A stretch of 64,000 nucleotides of DNA from Octopus bimaculoides (Eukaryota), in contig NC_069003.1 in NCBI RefSeq assembly GCF_001194135.2, forward strand, positions 37,138,061-37,202,060, read 5' to 3'. Below are positions 50,692 to 62,944 of the stretch, piece after piece. Each line of letters begins with the position of its first letter. The stretch's first letter is position 1. The translations under genes and the position numbers were made by a program. The notes beneath the pieces are model-generated. The model was not told the DNA's origin and did not search any database. It saw only the letters and a program-made list of their open reading frames with translations.

Positions 50692-52602
50692 CTTTAAAAA
50701 GAAAGAGAGAGAAAAAGAAAGAGAATAAACATTTAGGCTGTTAGAGAACAATAGTAATAATAAAGAAAAAGTAAAGCAATGAAAGAAAGAGATCATTAAA
50801 GATGAAAACAGGAGAAATGGGTGCAGTTGTTTGGTCAGTTTGGCTGAGAGGAAGGACATTGAGCCTGTTTTGGTGACCACATTTCGGTGCTGGAGATAAA
50901 CAGACACAAACCTAAGGAAATATAGAGAGGGAGGGATGGAGAGACGTTACAATTGATGTAAGTGATCATAATTGACAAACAGATTCTCTTTCGCCAAACA
51001 CAAAGAGGGGAATTTGGCTTCAAGAATCAGCTGCAAAACAGCCGTGTCAAAAGGCCTCAGACCTCATCAGGAATGAAGATAATGGTAAGAGAAATGACAA
51101 CTGGAATAACAATGGTGAAGCTGATGCAGAATTGCTCCAATGATGACGGCCAAATATGGTCACTCAAGCAATCACTAAATCTTCCTCAGCCTCTTCAATA
51201 ACAGACGAAACCCACTGAATAATTCAGTCATGGGTTTGTTCCACTTGAGTAAAAGACAAAACATGGTGNNNNNNNNNNNNNNNNNNNNNNNNNNNNNNNN
51301 NNNNNNNNNNNNNNNNNNNNNNNNNNNNNNNNNNNNNNNNNNNNNNNNNNNNNNNNNNNNNNNNNNNNNNNNNNNNNNNNNNNNNNNNNNNNNNNNNNNN
51401 NNNNNNNNNNNNNNNNNNNNNNNNNNNNNNNNNNNNNNNNNNNNNNNNNNNNNNNNNNNNNNNNNNNNNNNNNNNNNNNNNNNNNNNNNNNNNNNNNNNN
51501 NNNNNNNNNNNNNNNNNNNNNNNNNNNNNNNNNNNNNNNNNNNNNNNNNNNNNNNNNNNNNNNNNNNNNNNNNNNNNNNNNNNNNNNNNNNNNNNNNNNN
51601 NNNNNNNNNNNNNNNNNNNNNNNNNNNNNNNNNNNNNNNNNNNNNNNNNNNNNNNNNNNNNNNNNNNNNNNNNNNNNNNNNNNNNNNNNNNNNNNNNNNN
51701 NNNNNNNNNNNNNNNNNNNNNNNNNNNNNNNNNNNNNNNNNNNNNNNNNNNNNNNNNNNNNNNNNNNNNNNNNNNNNNNNNNNNNNNNNNNNNNNNNNNN
51801 NNNNNNNNNNNNNNNNNNNNNNNNNNNNNNNNNNNNNNNNNNNNNNNNNNNNNNNNNNNNNNNNNNNNNNNNNNNNNNNNNNNNNNNNNNNNNNNNNNNN
51901 NNNNNNNNNNNNNNNNNNNNNNNNNNNNNNNNNNNNNNNNNNNNNNNNNNNNNNNNNNNNNNNNNNNNNNNNNNNNNNNNNNNNNNNNNNNNNNNNNNNN
52001 NNNNNNNNNNNNNNNNNNNNNNNNNNNNNNNNNNNNNNNNNNNNNNNNNNNNNNNNNNNNNNNNNTTCTGAGAAGGCAGAGGCCTATAAGTGGAGGGGGG
52101 AGGGGGGGAGCAGCAGCTGTGTTAGTAAAGAATGAATGAGAATCCAGTGGAAATCCGTCTGATTATTGTCTGTGGCAGCAAATGGAGAAATATCAAAAAG
52201 AAAAAGAAAAAAAAACATTCACAAACTGGATTAAATTATTTTATGAGAAAGAACAGATGGATCGTATCCAAACGCTGTGGCACTTCTTTTTCTCACTTTA
52301 AGAACTCTTTGTATAACAAACAAGATAGAATAATAATAATAATAATCCATTTTGGGTATTTTTGACCAGCATACTTCGGCTGAGGCTGTCCCTCATCGAG
52401 AGAGAGAGAGAAAGAGTTTGTGTTGACAAAGAGAAACTTTAATCAATATCCAGATGGTAAACAAAGGAGTCTACATGCAGTCAATCAACTTGCTATAAAT
52501 AACAGCCAAATTTCCCCCAACCACTTTGAAAATGGAAGGATACCAGATGATTGTTAACAAAACCTAAAATAAACAGAATAGACAAAAATAACAGCCACTT
52601 AC

Positions 52603-52747
52603 ATCCAATGATGCCAGACAGTACCAGCAGAAGACATGCTTGCAGCGTTTGCACATCATTTGGGCACAGCCATCGTTTCTCTCAATTGGAACATGACACA
52701 CTGGACAGCGTTTGATTTGTGCATCTTCTATATTGCTGTATGGGATA
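52603..52747 (-). CDS. RNF144: RNF144-like exon 6 (RING2: [38 protein letters not shown])
   Basis: 145 nt, phase 2-0. Near identity to RNF144[39 protein letters not shown], including the RBR catalytic Cys in GCAQM. Confidence 0.95.
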
Positions 52748-52977
52748 CTGCGGAGAGAATGACATGATGACAATGCATGAGCTACACAGGATGACATGCC
52801 ATTGCATTATTGGCCACAAGGACCATAACAATCAAAACATTAAAATACATGATACAACAAACATTTATAGTATAAAGATAAATGTGAATAAATGTAAATT
52901 AGAAAATAAAAATATACCAACAATATTATCAGAAATGCATAAAAGTTTATACACATACAAAGAAATATAAACAGTTT

Positions 52978-53035
<58 letters not shown>

Positions 53036-53340
53036 TGGTTCTGAGTTCAGTCCCACTGCATGGCACCTTGGGCAAGTGCCTTCTACTATAGCCTTGGGCC
53101 AACCAAAGTGAGTGGATTTGGTAGACAGAAACTAAATGAAGTGATATATATGTGTGTGCCTGTCCCACACCACTGCTTATTGGTGTGTTTACATCCCCAT
53201 AACTTAGTGAAAGAAAAAGAGAAAGAAAAGAAAATACAGAGAGAAAGGGGGGGTAGAAGAGAATGAAAGAAAGAGAAAAAAGAGTGAATGTAAAAAGAAA
53301 TAGAGGCAGAGAAAGAGAATAAAAGAAAGTGTGAACTCAC

Positions 53341-53435
53341 CCAATATCTTCTGCTTTGCCTCTACTCATCACTTCATCACAGCTTTGGATTGCATGCCAC
53401 TTGTTTTTACAGACTGAACAGAATTCAAAACCACA
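53341..53435 (-). CDS. RNF144: RNF144-like exon 5 (CGFEFCSVCKNKWHAIQSCDEVMSRGKAEDIG)
   Basis: 95 nt, phase 0-2, after a 120-nt intron. IBR C-terminal C-x4-C-x2-C-x4-H-x4-C pattern. GTGAGT donor. Confidence 0.92.
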
Positions 53436-53555
53436 CTGAAGAACAAAGAGAGAGAAGGAGAGAGAATTTAAAGAAGCAATCATATAGAACTGGGAGGGGG
53501 TCATGGTGAAGAGAAGGATTAGAAAGAAGAAATGCAGCAAGGAGCAGCTACTGAC

Positions 53556-53674
53556 CTGTGGACATTCAACAGAGATAGGTTTAAGTTTGTCTTCTGGTGA
53601 CGGGTAGAACACATAACAGACAGTTTCACAGCCAGCTTGGGGACAGAACATCCTGTTGGGGTCCACATCTACCT
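53556..53674 (-). CDS. RNF144: RNF144-like exon 4 (IBR: EVDVDPNRMFCPQAGCETVC...VECPQ)
   Basis: 119 nt, phase 1-0, with ttatttgcag acceptor and GTCAGT donor. IBR cysteines present. Confidence 0.92.
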
Positions 53675-54391
53675 CTGCAAATAACATTTCGATAAGAAAT
53701 CAGTCAGAAAGCCTCTAGACGGTCACTCCAACTACTAGAAATAGCAGCTAAAAAGAAATATGCACACACACACACACACACATTTGTGAAATGGATGACG
53801 TAATGACTGATTGGCAGACTTTCAGAATATCTCTACCTCATGGGGAAAGAAAAGGGATCGATTCAGTTTGGCTGCTAATTTTCAATCTCCTCAATTCCTG
53901 ATCAAATTGATTTCATATTTGGTGTAATGATATGGCTTTATATGCTAATCACAGCTTTGAAATTCATTTTTGCAATAAATCAATAAATAAAGAGTTATTA
54001 GTGTTTAAAGTTTGCAAATTTGGGGTAATTTTATCCAATTGTAAGCCAGAGACACATTCATACTTGTTTCCATAATAACAAGCCAAACATGAGGACTCTT
54101 TTGTCTGCAAAATAGCGTCAATGTTGTGTTCCGCTGCTTGTACCAGAGTTACCCATAGATTAATTGGCAGGAAATGAATACCCCTAATGGCTAATGGTAG
54201 AGTGTTGGAGTAAATACCTTTTGGTTATTTACTTACAATTATTTTACATCCCAAATTCAAATCCCACTGGAGTTTTGCCTGTCAACTCTCCAGCATAGAC
54301 AACAATACAACAACACCGTCATCACATTACTAACACTGCTGTTACATCATCAACAACATCATCACCATTACTACAATATTAAATTATTCAC

Positions 54392-54452
54392 CTTTCTGAA
54401 AGCGTAGTCTTGAATATCTTTCAAATGTTGATCGACTTACAAGTTGTTCTAT
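54392..54452 (-). CDS. RNF144: RNF144-like exon 3 (IEQLVSRSTFERYSRLRFQK)
   Basis: 61 nt, phase 0-1, with ctccttccag acceptor and GTGAAT donor. Matches RNF144A IECMVAAEIMQRYKKLQFER. Not present in the ORF track. Confidence 0.88.
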
Positions 54453-55884
54453 CTGGAAGGAGACAAGCAAAGTTAGAGCAGCAGCAGCGGCAGCAGTAGC
54501 AGCAACAAGGGCAGCAGCAACAGATTATCACATTTATCACCACCACCAACATCATCATCATCACAACCATCAACACCACCAAAACCACCAACATCATCAC
54601 CATCATCACAACCACCACCACCAACATCCTCCCTACATAACCACAGACATCGAGGGCCGATATGCTATCGCTCAACTTGCTAGAAATAGCAACCACATCC
54701 CCCCTCGAATTAAATGTTACTGCTTAAAAAAAAAAGTCATGGAACCCTTGAATGCTGTAATCTAAAAATACAATGTCTGAATAAAAAAAACAGGATGGTC
54801 ATAGCTGGAATGTCTGATTATAGGTTTGCTAAACGAACAACAACCATCAACATCATGTTGGGAGAGATTCAGAGGAGGCTGGCCTTCTGAAATAGGTCAA
54901 TTCAATGCTAAACCTGTCATTCCCAAGGTGAACTCAGCCGAGACAGAGGATCCTTGTGGAGAAAATGGCAAAACTTCCTATGGACGAAATAGGTCCAAGA
55001 ACTCCATAGTCTAAGCGCTACCATTTTCAACAGGAGGGGGTGGTGTTGTGTAAGCCTCCACTCCTGCTCCGGCTCAGACAAACCTATAATCAAACACTTC
55101 TTTTTTAAAGACAACTGATCAAGATTTTAGGAAGCTTTGGCTGCTATTTCTAGTCAACATCTTCAGATATTATTCAGCTGATTCATGTAACAAGTCAAAT
55201 TCAAATACAAACATTCACTTTTGTACACTTCAGGTGATGCTTTTAATAGCAACACAGCCCCCCCCCCACCTCTCCCCCTCTCCCCCCTCTCTCTCTCTCT
55301 CATGCAGGTTAACAATAAGCACCTATCAGATTGTGTTTATCTTCATTTCTCTCCAGCATCTGAATATCTTCTGCATCCATTCTCCTGTCTCACCACATCC
55401 AGCATCTCACTTTACAAATGCTTTGTACAGTGTTAGGAAGATGGGAAGAGAGAAAGAAAGAGAGAAAGATGGCTAGGGAGAAGATGGTGATTAGTGAATG
55501 TTAAAGCTGTGGGTTGGGCAACATCTAGCATAGAAGTAAGCCAAGGTGGATGAATGGCAGGGAAGAGTTCAAAGGCAACAAAATGGCTCAAGCAAGAGAT
55601 TTCGATCGAATTTGGTGGTTGGGAACGGCTGAGATAAAGTTTGCAAAGTTCAGCTTCATCTTCCAAAGTTAATCTTAATATCTGTGCACATAGGTGGGAA
55701 GAAGATGTGGTAGGAAGGGGTAACACTTGGCAAGGGTGTGGGCATGGCTGTGTGGTTAACAAATCTGTAAACAACCACACAGCGCTAGGTTCAATCCCAC
55801 AGCATGGCATCATGGGCAAGTATCTTCTTCCATAACCTGAGCTTGATTAATATTTTCAGAGTGGAATTTAGCAGATAGGGGCAG

Positions 55885-55949
<65 letters not shown>

Positions 55950-56340
55950 TGTGCATGTGTGTGTGTGTGTGGATTCATACCTCTTCCCAATGTCGGTCCT
56001 TGAAAGATGACAAGCAGGACAAAAGAAAATGTTGTCATTCTCTTTGAATGAAGTCTCTGGCATTATTTGTTTCATATCATTGGTTAACCATACTGTCAGA
56101 AATTCCACAGGTCAGTGATTAAATGATTGGTAGACTGGAACCAATGTTGTTCTTGGCCACCAATCACCAAATATAATTCTTTTGAAAAATTACAAAGCTC
56201 AGATTCTAGGAAGTCAGGATTTATAATGGCATAAGAGAGACATAAGCTGTTGTGCACACCTCGTCAAGACATACCTGTAATAAATTGGGGGAAAGAAGCA
56301 ATACTAAAAGCCCTGAAGGTGAATAGTAATCTTCACTTAC

Positions 56341-56445
56341 CTCTGGGGCATCAAATTTGCCTTGCTTTTTACACTGGGCATCAGGACAGGTAATACTCAA
56401 CACATTACCCTCTTGTATCATCACAGATAAATATTGTTTGACACA
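56341..56445 (-). CDS. RNF144: RNF144-like exon 2 (CVKQYLSVMIQEGNVLSITCPDAQCKKQGKFDAPE)
   Basis: 105 nt, phase 0-0, with ttttccag acceptor and GTAAGT donor. Matches RNF144A CLKQYVELLIKEG..ISCPDAAC. Confidence 0.92.
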
Positions 56446-56544
56446 CTGGAAAATTAGAGAAACAAATGAGACACTCTGAGAAGCAGGCATTTGTGTGTGT
56501 GGGGGGGAGGTGCAAATACATATATTGTAGGTATATATGTGCAT

Positions 56545-57250
56545 GTTCACCAGGGTGTAAGCATCTTGAGAGAAAAGTTGGGCATCAGAAGCATCAGATA
56601 TGGTGCACAAGAGAGACAACTGCACTGGAATGGTTACGTGATGTGTACGGACAAGGAGAGCTGTGTAAAGATGTGCCAATATCTAACTGTGGAGAGAAGC
56701 TGTGGAAATGGTAGACCCAGGAAGACATGGGACGAGGTAGTGAAGCATACTCTTTGAACTTTGGGCCTCACAGAAGCAATGACAAATGACCGAGACCTTT
56801 GGCGATATGCTGTGCGAGAGAAGACCCGTCAAGCCAGGTGAAATCATAGTTGTGGCTGATGCTGGTGTCACGTAACTGGCACCCATGGTGGTGGCATGTG
56901 AAGAGCACCTTTCAAGCATTAGGTCTCATGAAGGCAAAGTGGCCGATGCCAGTGGTATGTGAAAGGCTCCTTTTGAGTGTTGGACCTCATGGAGGCAATG
57001 ATTGAGACCTTTGGCATTATGTTCTGCTTGAAAAGAAAACCCATCAAGCCAAGCAAAATTGCACTCATGGCAGATACCAGTGTCACGCAACTGGCACATG
57101 TGCCGGTGGCACGTAAAAGCACACATTACACTTTTGGAGTGGTTGGTGTTAGGAAAGGCATCCAGCTGTAGAAACCCTGCCAAATCAGACTGGGGTCTGG
57201 TGCAGCCTTCCAAGCTTACCAACCCTGGTTAAACCATCCAACTTAACAAG
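56545..57250 (+). mobile_element. RTE-clade LINE 3' end (ORF C-terminus plus 3' UTR), antisense in the RNF144 intron
   Basis: LREKLGIRSIRYGAQERQLHWNGYV...GRPRKTWDEVVK...DRDLWRYAV matches the RTE RLRWYGHV / GRPRKTW tail. Followed by the family 3' UTR GTGGTTGGTGTTAGGAAAGGCATCCAGCTGTAGAAAC. Confidence 0.88.
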
Positions 57251-57327
57251 GACAGACCTTGTCAAGTGTAGTATATTGCAGAGTGGTGCAAACAAAAATA
57301 AAATAGATAAACACCCAAACATTAACA

Positions 57328-57362
<35 letters not shown>

Positions 57363-57397
57363 TAATAATAATAAAAATAATAAGAGGCTGAACTCAC

Positions 57398-57535
57398 TGC
57401 TTCGCAGTAAAGACATCTGCAATCTCGGATCTCATACATCTCTTGCAGCGAGCACTCTGTCAAACATAGCTTGCATGTAATTAAAGGATCTATAGCCAGT
57501 TCTACAGTGTTCTTACTTCCAGAGTAAGTAGCCAT
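57398..57535 (-). CDS. RNF144: RNF144-like RBR E3 ubiquitin ligase, coding exon 1 (MATYSGSKNTVELAIDPLITCKLCLTECSLQEMYEIRDCRCLYCEA)
   Basis: The RING1 start C-x2-C resembles human RNF144A DLALDPLVSCKLCLGE. Donor GTGAGT follows 57398. An acceptor lies 8 nt upstream of the ATG (exon starts 57543), implying an upstream 5' UTR exon. Confidence 0.92.
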
Positions 57536-57954
57536 GACAGGAGCTGAAAAGACAACAACAACAACAACATCAGCGACAATAGAGAGAGAGAAAGATTAAG
57601 GGGATGGGATGGGTGGGAAACTAAGTTCATCTGAACTGATCTTAGCGTATTACTGGTACTTATGCAGGTAAGCCAAAATGAACTCTGCAAAAATAAAGAC
57701 CTTATACAAAAGAAAGGGCAAAAACTAAATCTCGTTTTTCAGGTGTAGATGTTGCAGGGATGAGGGTTCCTTCCAACACCCTCTCACCCACACACTAAAT
57801 GACAAGATTCTCCACCCTTAATCATGAATGACCAATGGCTAACAACCACCAAGGACTCCATTCTAGAACCCAGAATACACCCAGCCACTCCTGCGCCTCT
57901 GCAATACTTATTAAAGTCTGTAGTTTCACAATTTGTGTAACACTGTTTTATATC

Positions 57955-58610
57955 CCATTATCCCCATCGTTATGTATTAATTAAGAGACAAAGCGAAGCA
58001 CTTTGTAAATATCTATTTGAAGATTTGGTGGATTTTGAAGAAGAGAATGGACTGCAATTGAATCCTCAAACCATAATCACAGATTTGGAATTGGGAGATT
58101 TCAAGAATTGGAACCAATAAGGTTTGTTTCTTTTTCCAACACATACCAATAAATTGAGCAGACAATCCAGATAAATGGATTGGCCATGCAACAAGGTACA
58201 TGCTTCTGTTAAACAAATGTGCTATTTTTCTATATTGGTATTTATTCTACCTGAAGAAATTACAGAGCTTTTAATGAATAAAAGCCTGTTTTGTCTGCAG
58301 AAGCCAGAGAAGTTAGTAACTGGTTGAGCAATGATTATGTTGCTTAGTAGAATAAAGATGACACTTGTAGGAAGTGGCTGTTTTTTGATCACTAGTATTG
58401 TCTCTGTCAGATTTTTGTGGTCTGTACGCGAATGCTTGCAGAATGAATTTCCATATAACCAAAACAGCCGAGAAGCACCATGGCACAGAAGAATGAAAAA
58501 TTTAATAGGAAGTACTCGTGTTGGTATTTATTGATTCAGGGAAGAACTTCAATAACAATAGCACCACACTGAACAGGACTGTGATTGCGTTCTCTGATGA
58601 GAGTCCATGT
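57955..58610 (+). mobile_element. Fossil Mutator-like (MULE) transposase fragment
   Basis: Across frameshifts: YVLIKRQSEALCKYLFEDLVDFEEENGLQLNPQTIITDLELG, NKVCFF, AFNE*KP...NWLSNDYV and PYNQNSREAPWHRRMKNLIG. These match MULE motifs TDFE, GCFFH and TNNxxEAWHRR. Confidence 0.82.
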
Positions 58611-60150
58611 TCTGAAAGCTGATTGAAATGAAAAGAAAAGAAAACCTGCTATATTTCATTATACAATATAATTGATAATCAGGATAAAGTCAGTTCTTAC
58701 AAACTTTGCTCAATCTATTCCTTGTAAAACACAATTATTTTTATAAACCTGTGTCACTATGTCCCTCAAATCCTCATTAAAACTGCAAATTCTTTACCTG
58801 AAATTTCTTAAGTGGCACTAAACCACACCCCTGCAATCGACTCCCCCATCCCAGTTGAAGGGGTTTTATCTAGCAAAGGTGCTTGGCAAGCCTGTTGATG
58901 CTGGTCCCACATTAAAAAGCACCCAGTGCCACTCAGTGAAGTGGTTGGTGTTGGGAAAGGCATCCAGCTGTAGAAATCATGCCCAAACAAACACTGGAGC
59001 CTGGTGCAGCTCTCTGGCCATGCCAGCCCCTGTCAAACCATCCAACCCAAGCCAGCATGGAAAACATGTTAAATTATGATGATGATGATGGTGATGACTA
59101 AATATAAGCCACATCAATATGATGAGGTTGGGAGGATGTAGAAATGTTGTAAGTTCAATTCATCTGTTGCTATGACAACAGGAACAGTAACAAGTAGAGA
59201 AAGCTGCTGCTGCAGAAACAATGGTAAGTACAGCAGCCAGAAAAAGAGAATAAAGGTAAGCTACAACTGCTACGGCAGGAATGGTAAAAACCAGGAAATA
59301 TAAAACACTGCTGCAACAAAAACAGTAGAAATCAGAAAACTGCTGCTGCTGCTGCAATAGATATGGTTAAAAAAAAAAAAAAGAATTTTAAAAAGTAACA
59401 AAAAAAAAAAAAATTTCTCAATGCAACAGAAATTCTAAGAATTCAGAAGAAATACTTCTGCAGAATAAATACAGAGTTTTTATTAGAAATTATGAGAAAC
59501 AGGTTTAGAAAAATAAAATAATTTAGGAAAAAAACCTCCAGAAAACATTCTACCAGCTTGCTGCTTTAATAATAATAATAATAATAATAATAATNNNNNN
59601 NNNNNNNNNNNNNNNNNNNNNNNNNNNNNNNNNNNNNNNNNNNNNNNNNNNNNNNNNNNNNNNNNNNNNNNNNNNNNNNNNNNNNNNNNNNNNNNNNNNN
59701 NNNNNNNNNNNNNNNNNNNNNNNNNNNNNNNNNNNNNNNNNNNNNNNNNNNNNNNNNNNNNNNNNNNNNNNNNNNNNNNNNNNNNNNNNNNNNNNNNNNN
59801 NNNNNNNNNNNNNNNNNNNNNNNNNNNNNNNNNNNNNNNNNNNNNNNNNNNNNNNNNNNNNNNNNNNNNNNNNNNNNNNNNNNNNNNNNNNNNNNNNNNN
59901 NNNNNNNNNNNNNNNNNNNNNNNNNNNNNNNNNNNNNNNNNNNNNNNNNNNNNNNNNNNNNNNNNNNNNNNNNNNNNNNNNNNNNNNNNNNNNNNNNNNN
60001 NNNNNNNNNNNNNNNNNNNNNNNNNNNNNNNNNNNNNNNNNNNNNNNNNNNNNNNNNNNNNNNNNNNNNNNNNNNNNNNNNNNNNNNNNNNNNNNNNNNN
60101 NGAGAGAGAGAGGGAGAGAGAGAGAGGGAGAGAGAGAGAGATGGCTGTAA

Positions 60151-60194
<44 letters not shown>

Positions 60195-61374
60195 AAGATT
60201 AAACATCAATGCATCAAAGGTCCAACAATGCCTTAGCTGGCCAAAACTTCGAAGTCACTGTCAATAATATTCTTGTTGAAGAAGAAGAAATTTTGTCCTC
60301 TACAAAAGTATAGAGTAACCCATCAGATTAATGCAAAATTGTTTTTTTTTTATTATAACTGAACAGAAAAATGTGCATTAATATATGAGAGAGAGAGAGA
60401 GAGAAAGAGATGGTGATAAAGCTAAAAGAAACCTCACTGAAAATGTCTGATACTTTAGAAATTCACTGGAAATGGACTCTTCACCAACTTTGTCCAAACC
60501 TGCACCAGATTGGACAAAGTGGTAAAAATATTCTAATGATATCAGCTGCTAAATCAGCCAATGGCAATTGATGAAAGCTCAATAACTCCTGCCCCTTCTC
60601 CTCACTCAAAACGACATCCGGTTCAAGGCAGAGGCAAGGATGTCAAGTCAATGGAGAGAGAGAGGGGGGGGGGAGACAGAGAGAGAGAGAGAAATAGTTT
60701 GTCATTGCTGTTTCATAGAGACATGATTGATGTCTAGAATTATTTCTAAGAGATTGGAAGTGAAGACTTCAAGATATTCACGCCTCACTCAGTAGTTCTG
60801 TGTATTTTGGGTTTTTGTTTTTTTTGAGCTCTTAGGACTCATCAGGTCAGGGCTTCACTCAGTTTCCATGGTATATAAGGGATCAAAATCACAAAATTCC
60901 CCCCGAATGGGTTCAAGGCCTGCAACTTTTGAGGGGAGGGGGACAAGTTGATTACATCAACCCCGGTACTTGACTGGTACTTTATTTTATCAACCCCAAA
61001 AGGATGAAAGGCAAAGCTGACCTCAGCAGGATTTGAACTCAGAGTGTAAAGTATCAGAAGGAATGCTGCTCAGTGTTTTGTCTGACAGAAATCACAATTC
61101 TGCCAGGGGAACAGGAAACATGTAAATATTGTCCCCCTTTTTTTTTTTGTTCAAACTGGCCAGATCTGGCCTCTCACACCTATCCTATAATGTCATTCTA
61201 AAAGATAAACAATTACAGCATCGAAATCTCAAAGCTATGAGATAAGCCATGATTAATTGCAAACGTTTCGATTACATAAGCATTTCATTTGACAGAATAA
61301 TCTGAAAGCTTTAGCATGGTTCAAAATAGTTGAGGCAGAGATAGTATCAGGAGTTAGACCCTTCATTGGTGGTG

Positions 61375-61620
61375 GCCATCAACGTTTTCCTGGCTGTGAA
61401 AATAACGTCTTTCTCGAAAGGAGTTATATCCACAAAATTCTCGGCAAACGTAACTGCTTTCACCAGTAAATCCTTCGTAATACACTGGAAATAGTTACGT
61501 ATGTTGAACTGTAGATAATCCACAGCATTTTATGCAGAGTAATCAGAGCAACCTTCATAACTTTATTGAATTAGCTGCTTATTTTGCCATAAAAGGAAAA
61601 TGTTGCTATCGATCTATTTC
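61375..61620 (-). mobile_element. Penelope-like element RT fragment
   Basis: Minus strand YLQFNIRNYFQCITKDLLVKAVTFAENFVDITPFEKDVIFTARKTL resembles the PLE RT motif FIQFDIxxFYPSIxxxLLxKAxxFA...ARKSL. Confidence 0.65.
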
Positions 61621-61968
61621 ATTCAAGGGAAGTAGTGCCTAAATTGCTACCTAGGCGGCAGGTCCCTCATATTCCACTATCCCCCTGTGCTACACTAAAT
61701 CATAGTAGGGCTGGGGGTATGCAGTATTTACGAAATTTCATTCTGCCATGGAAATACCAAAGAGAAACAATGCAATTATTTTGGTTGCTGGTACTGATAT
61801 AAGTTGTGATAAAAAATGGTTTATTCTTTATGTTGGAAATCTCTATGGTTGGCTGCGTCCCAGGAGAGCCATTTATTTTAAATTGATGTAATGCTTTCAT
61901 TGATCGATTAAATGGAGCCAGTTGAAACATCCATAAAGCACTGATACCTGCATATCCTTCTTATTTGC

Positions 61969-62008
<40 letters not shown>

Positions 62009-62041
62009 TGTGTTATATATATATACATATGCATGCATGGA

Positions 62042-62088
<47 letters not shown>

Positions 62089-62094
62089 ATACGC

Positions 62095-62350
62095 GTACCA
62101 CCTGAGTGGCACATAAAAAGCACCGTTCGAGCGTGGTTGATGTCAGTCCCGCCTAACTGGCCCCCATGCCAGTGGCATATAAAAAACACCCACTACACTC
62201 TCAGAGTGGTTGGCATTAGGAAGGGCATCCAGCTGTAGAAACCTTGCCAGATCACATGGGAGCCTGGTGCAGCCTCCTAGCTTGCTAATCNNNNNNNNNN
62301 TTGCCAGATCACATGGGAGCCTGGTGCAGCCTCCTAGCTTGCTAATCCTC
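62095..62350 (+). mobile_element. RTE-type 3' UTR fragment
   Basis: GTGGCACATAAAAAGCACC...GAGTGGTTGGCATTAGGAAGGGCATCCAGCTGTAGAAAC, the same tail as 57100-57250. Similar fragments at 4020-4130(+), 10845-10985(-) and 58880-59090(+). Confidence 0.75.
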
Positions 62351-62360
62351 AGTCAATAAT

Positions 62361-62398
<38 letters not shown>

Positions 62399-62710
62399 AT
62401 GTTTGACTCTGATAGTGACATGTGACCAAAGCAATCACATGTTCTATGCAAGATTGGCCTTGCTGGCCACATTTGGCAGTGGCATTAATGGTTCAAATAT
62501 TCGTCCAGGAAAAGAAATCCTTGGATTCAAAAGATGACCTGACGACAAAAAAAACATTTTAGGTCTGAAGGAAGACATACAGTAAGAAATATAGCAGACC
62601 TTGATTGAACTGAGGAAATTAATATGTGTGTGACATTCAGTGAGATAAGACAGTGTAGGAGATTGTGAGTAGAGAAATGGTAGCAGTTAACTGAGGAGCA
62701 GCTTGAAGTA

Positions 62711-62754
<44 letters not shown>

Positions 62755-62845
62755 GAGACCATGCATCTATGAGCAAGTCATTGCAGTGGGTTAGTGAGTC
62801 ATTACTGGTCTGTTAGTGGATGGTGTTCTTTTAAAATGCAGTCCA

Positions 62846-62852
62846 GGACGTT

Positions 62853-62942
<90 letters not shown>
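62846..62942. repeat. (AG)n microsatellite, representative of the very dense SSR load ((CA)n, (TA)n, (TTA)n, (ATG)n, (GTT)n, (CTGT)n, (CTAT)n)
   Basis: Directly visible. Most N gaps are bordered by such SSRs. Confidence 0.95.

Positions 62943-62944
<2 letters not shown>

Noticed and set aside
55640-55710. Candidate RNF144 exon 3 (ILRLTLEDEAELCKLY)
   Set aside because: It is a poor match to RNF144. The exon at 54392-54452 fits both sequence and phase.
62244-62347. 47-bp direct duplication around a 10-N gap
   Set aside because: This is a typical contig-overlap scaffolding artefact. A similar short duplication occurs at the gap edge 24590-24624.
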